Part shown: positions 61,150 through 64,000 of the stretch, piece by piece
How positions within the stretch are numbered: the stretch's first letter is position 1
Layout of the letters: the number at the start of each line of letters is the position of its first letter
Assembly: GCA_040285825.1 (NCBI GenBank)
Contig: JAUPSS010000003.1
Span: 2,232,001-2,296,000 of the forward strand
Direction of reading: 5' to 3'
DNA length: 64,000 nt
From: Eukaryota sp. TZLM1-RC
Lineage: Eukaryota > Protista > Metamonada: BaSk clade
The notes under the pieces: model-generated
Told to the model about the DNA's origin: nothing
Database searches by the model: none
Seen by the model: only the letters and a program-made list of their open reading frames with translations
Made by a program: the position numbers and the translations under genes

Positions 61150-61385
61150 TTACAAAGAAACAAAACAAAACAAAACTAATTAAAACACATAAGAAACGAA
61201 ATTCTCCACGGTTAAATCTTCATGAATTCTTTTACAACTTGGAAATCATTAAATTTAAGTACTTGGAAACTTTTCTACACAAAGCAAAAATGATATGATT
61301 CTTTCATAAATTTCCAGTAAAAATTGTACCGCTTGAACGACATAACTTCTCAAAATCATTGAGAAAATGCAAGGCAAAATTTGGA
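61150..61385 (-). mobile_element. CRE-like 3' end fragment, family C
   Basis: Matches 12150-12385 including the (AAAAC)n tract. Confidence 0.8.
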
Positions 61386-61516
61386 ATACATTTGTTGCTT
61401 CACAAATCAAGTTCTTGTAAGTGAATAGGAAATCGTTCAATAAAAGTTTCATTGAGGATTAGGTTTCATTGATTAGCGTACAGTTAGAGTACAACCTATG
61501 TTGTACAGAAATTTTT

Positions 61517-62779
61517 CAATCCTAACAAATAAGCTTAGTTACCGAGTGCGCACTGGCACTCGTACTCTTATCCACTTTGATCAAGACTATTCTGGGTGAA
61601 AAACGGTTTACATTGTTGTGTTGTTCATATTCATATGAGGTTTACGTCGTATCCAAAACAATTTTTACAGTAATTTTAACACTAATTCAAAAAAATACTA
61701 TCACTTATACTATCAAAACAATGAAGTTCACGACAATGAAACACACCAGTTTCTTTTTCAATCACATCAGCTTCATCAAACATCCTTCCATCTTGAATTT
61801 TCGCTGCCAAAAACTGTTCAGCTGACAAGAACTCAACTGGATGGTGTTCCTCATTGTCATCTACTTGGTTCTCTTGTTGTAATTCTATGAAAAAGCGGTC
61901 TTTCAGGCTAAAAATATGATTAGGCTCATCGGAAGCTTCTGATGTGTTCAAAGCGTTAACAAAAACCTCACTGCTTTTACAGAAGACGATTATTTCTGTC
62001 CATTCAACATGCATTTTTGACCGTTTTTTTTGTATGAAAACCCTCATAAACACGCCAATTTCGTTCACAAGCAGATAGCTGACCGTTTTTGTGACTTTCT
62101 GCTCTTTTTCTCTGTCAGTTTCGCTTTAAGTTGACCCAGAAAATTAGCGGGTGGATTAGTACATTTTTTGATCTGATGAGAACCTGATATATGTAGTTTA
62201 AGACGGGATTTGGAAGCAGTAAAGGTATGTTGGCAGCTTTTGCAGCGATTGGTTTCATGACTTCCTTCGTCGTTTCTAATGGGATGGCTTGCTACATCAT
62301 AGAAGTCCAATATGTCCAACTCCGGAGAGGAGTCTATGTGTTGAATGTTACTCATATGTGGTGGAGAGTGGACAATGGTGTTGGTGGGGTGAAGAATTAA
62401 TGTTCCATTCTACTAGTTTTTTTATGCATTATGCTTTCTAATACTGACATTAATAATTAATAAAATAATAAAATTTATTTATTTATTTATTTTCTACGAA
62501 GAATCAAATCAAATCAAAACAATTTGAAACACGTAAAAAACAAAATTCTCCACGAAAACTCTTGATGAATCCTTATACAGCTTGGACATCATTAAACTCA
62601 AGTACTTAGGAACACTTCTGTACAAAGCGAAAACGATACGATTCTTCCATAAATTCCCTGCAAAATTCTTACCACTTGAACTTATTAATTGAATTATTAA
62701 TTTAATAACAATCAAAAATAATTCGAAAAAACGTCACACTAAAAATCGTCGCACTCGGTAACTTAGAAAATAAGGATTG
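61517..62779 (-). mobile_element. Non-autonomous hAT-like DNA element with BED zinc finger ORF
   Basis: Imperfect TIRs CAATCCT..AGTTACCGAGTGCG at both ends; ORF 62065-62355 CKSC..F..RLKLH..IKKC; no TSD seen. Confidence 0.65.
62500..62682 (-). mobile_element. CRE-like 3' end fragment, family C, nested in the hAT-like element
   Basis: SSGKNFAGNLWKNRIVF..VENFV matches 12177-12335. Confidence 0.85.
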
Positions 62780-63155
62780 AGCATGCACACCTAATTAAAT
62801 TAATTCATAACTATCAGGACGAATATCATTGAACCAAGATTTCCTCCATAAAATCTTGATTTGCTTGCTGTCTAGTTAAGGTTTGTTATTCGATTGAATA
62901 ACCGAGATAATCCATTAATAATGGCAAATTGAATTAGAGAACGCCATAAAAAAATATAAAATCTTTTCACTGTTTTTCTTGAACCATTTTTTGGAAGTTA
63001 TTCAAAGAAGTTTCTGCTTCATCTGATAATCTTCCATTTATCCAAAATGGGAAAGCAATAAAAACGAACTGTGTATTTCTATCAGCATTGACCTCTTCAA
63101 TATCTTTATCATATTTTCTATGTTTTTCTGTTGCTTTAAAATCAAGGGCACTCAC
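62780..63155 (-). mobile_element. CRE-like 3' fragment, family D
   Basis: ALDFKA.EKHRKY..AFPF.ING plus the family D 3' UTR. Confidence 0.85.
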
Positions 63156-63194
63156 TTTTTTTAAAGACTTTTGATTTATTTAAACAAAAATGTT

Positions 63195-63753
63195 AAAAAC
63201 CAAAAATCTATTTCCTCAAACTCCACATCTATTATGGAAAATATACCTTCAGCCGTTTCTTCATTATGTCTTCCTAGTGATAACAACGACCTAGAAACAA
63301 GGCTATGCATCCCTCTAAAAATGGAAAATACAATTCTATTTTGCCAAAAGGTTCGGTCAAATATTCTTCCAGTTCTATTTTTGACACTAGTAGAGAAATC
63401 ATCTAGAAATGATAAAGCAGTTTTACCCAAGGTTCCAAATAAAGAAAAAACAAAAGGACACAGAAGGTATTGAGTATGTGAGTTGGAATTCAGATTCTTG
63501 ATTTTTTCTGTGTACTTGATAATTTTCGCTTCTTCAGCTCTACGTAAAGGTGAATTATAAGATTGTGCCAGTTTTTCATTTGAGCTGTTTGATACATCAG
63601 TAGATCTAGCATCAATAATAATCATTCATCCATCAAGTCCGGGAACTAGCACATCACCACGGCTGTCACCAAAAGAATTTTTGTCAGATTCATCAGCCAG
63701 ATTGGAAAGCAAATGTTCTAAAAAAAGATTCAATCCGGTAGGACTTAAACTAG
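63195..63753 (-). mobile_element. CRE-like RLE fragment, family F
   Basis: RGDVLVPG..AEEAKIIKY..PFVFSLFG..WQNRIVFSIF..DVEFEEIDF. Confidence 0.88.
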
Positions 63754-64000
63754 TGTTGTTGTTGAACTCATATTGAATTAGTAGGTTTCTTTGTATTTCG
63801 ACTGATGACGTGATACTCATTTATGAATCAGTTTTATTAATAAACTTAGATTTCTCTCTCTCCTTCGTGTGTTCATCTGCCTAACGGCATCAATAATTAT
63901 TGGCCCTTCTTATTTCAGATGACTGATCCCTCTGTTAACCTGACGTCTCTTTCTTCCATGAAAGTTGTAAGTGTTCTTCTGTTCCTATAGGAGTGAAAGA
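63754..64000 (+). mobile_element. Second copy of LTR family 1 (5' LTR 63754-63892 and degenerate gag start), cut by window end
   Basis: LTR nearly identical to 55622-55761, same leader ataattattggcccttc. Confidence 0.92.

Overview
AT-rich eukaryotic (protist-like) genomic window using the standard genetic code, with very short GT-AG introns (29-35 nt). Host genes: tRNA-Arg(UCU), tRNA-Lys(CUU), ARPC5, a secreted saposin-like peptide, a coiled-coil protein, FIS1, a bacterial-type cis-prenyltransferase, SRP14, a zinc-finger protein, UBL5/Hub1, a 4-exon orphan gene, RPS20, a 7-exon Schlafen(AlbA_2)-DEAH helicase fusion, a BTB protein, a COMM-domain ORF and an eIF4G-like/LRR chimera. Much of the window is mobile DNA. 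There are over 20 fragments of at least 6 families of RT + restriction-like-endonuclease (CRE-like) non-LTR retrotransposons. Three families of small LTR elements with no pol seen are all nested in those retrotransposons, and two of them share an unusual palindromic non-tRNA primer site. There is also an IS630/Tc1-like transposase region and a BED-finger hAT-like element. The best leads are the Schlafen nuclease-helicase fusion, the eIF4G-LRR chimera, the LTR primer-site palindrome and a pair of near-identical 29-nt introns. All domain calls are from motif recognition by eye, with no database search, and boundaries of degenerate elements are approximate.
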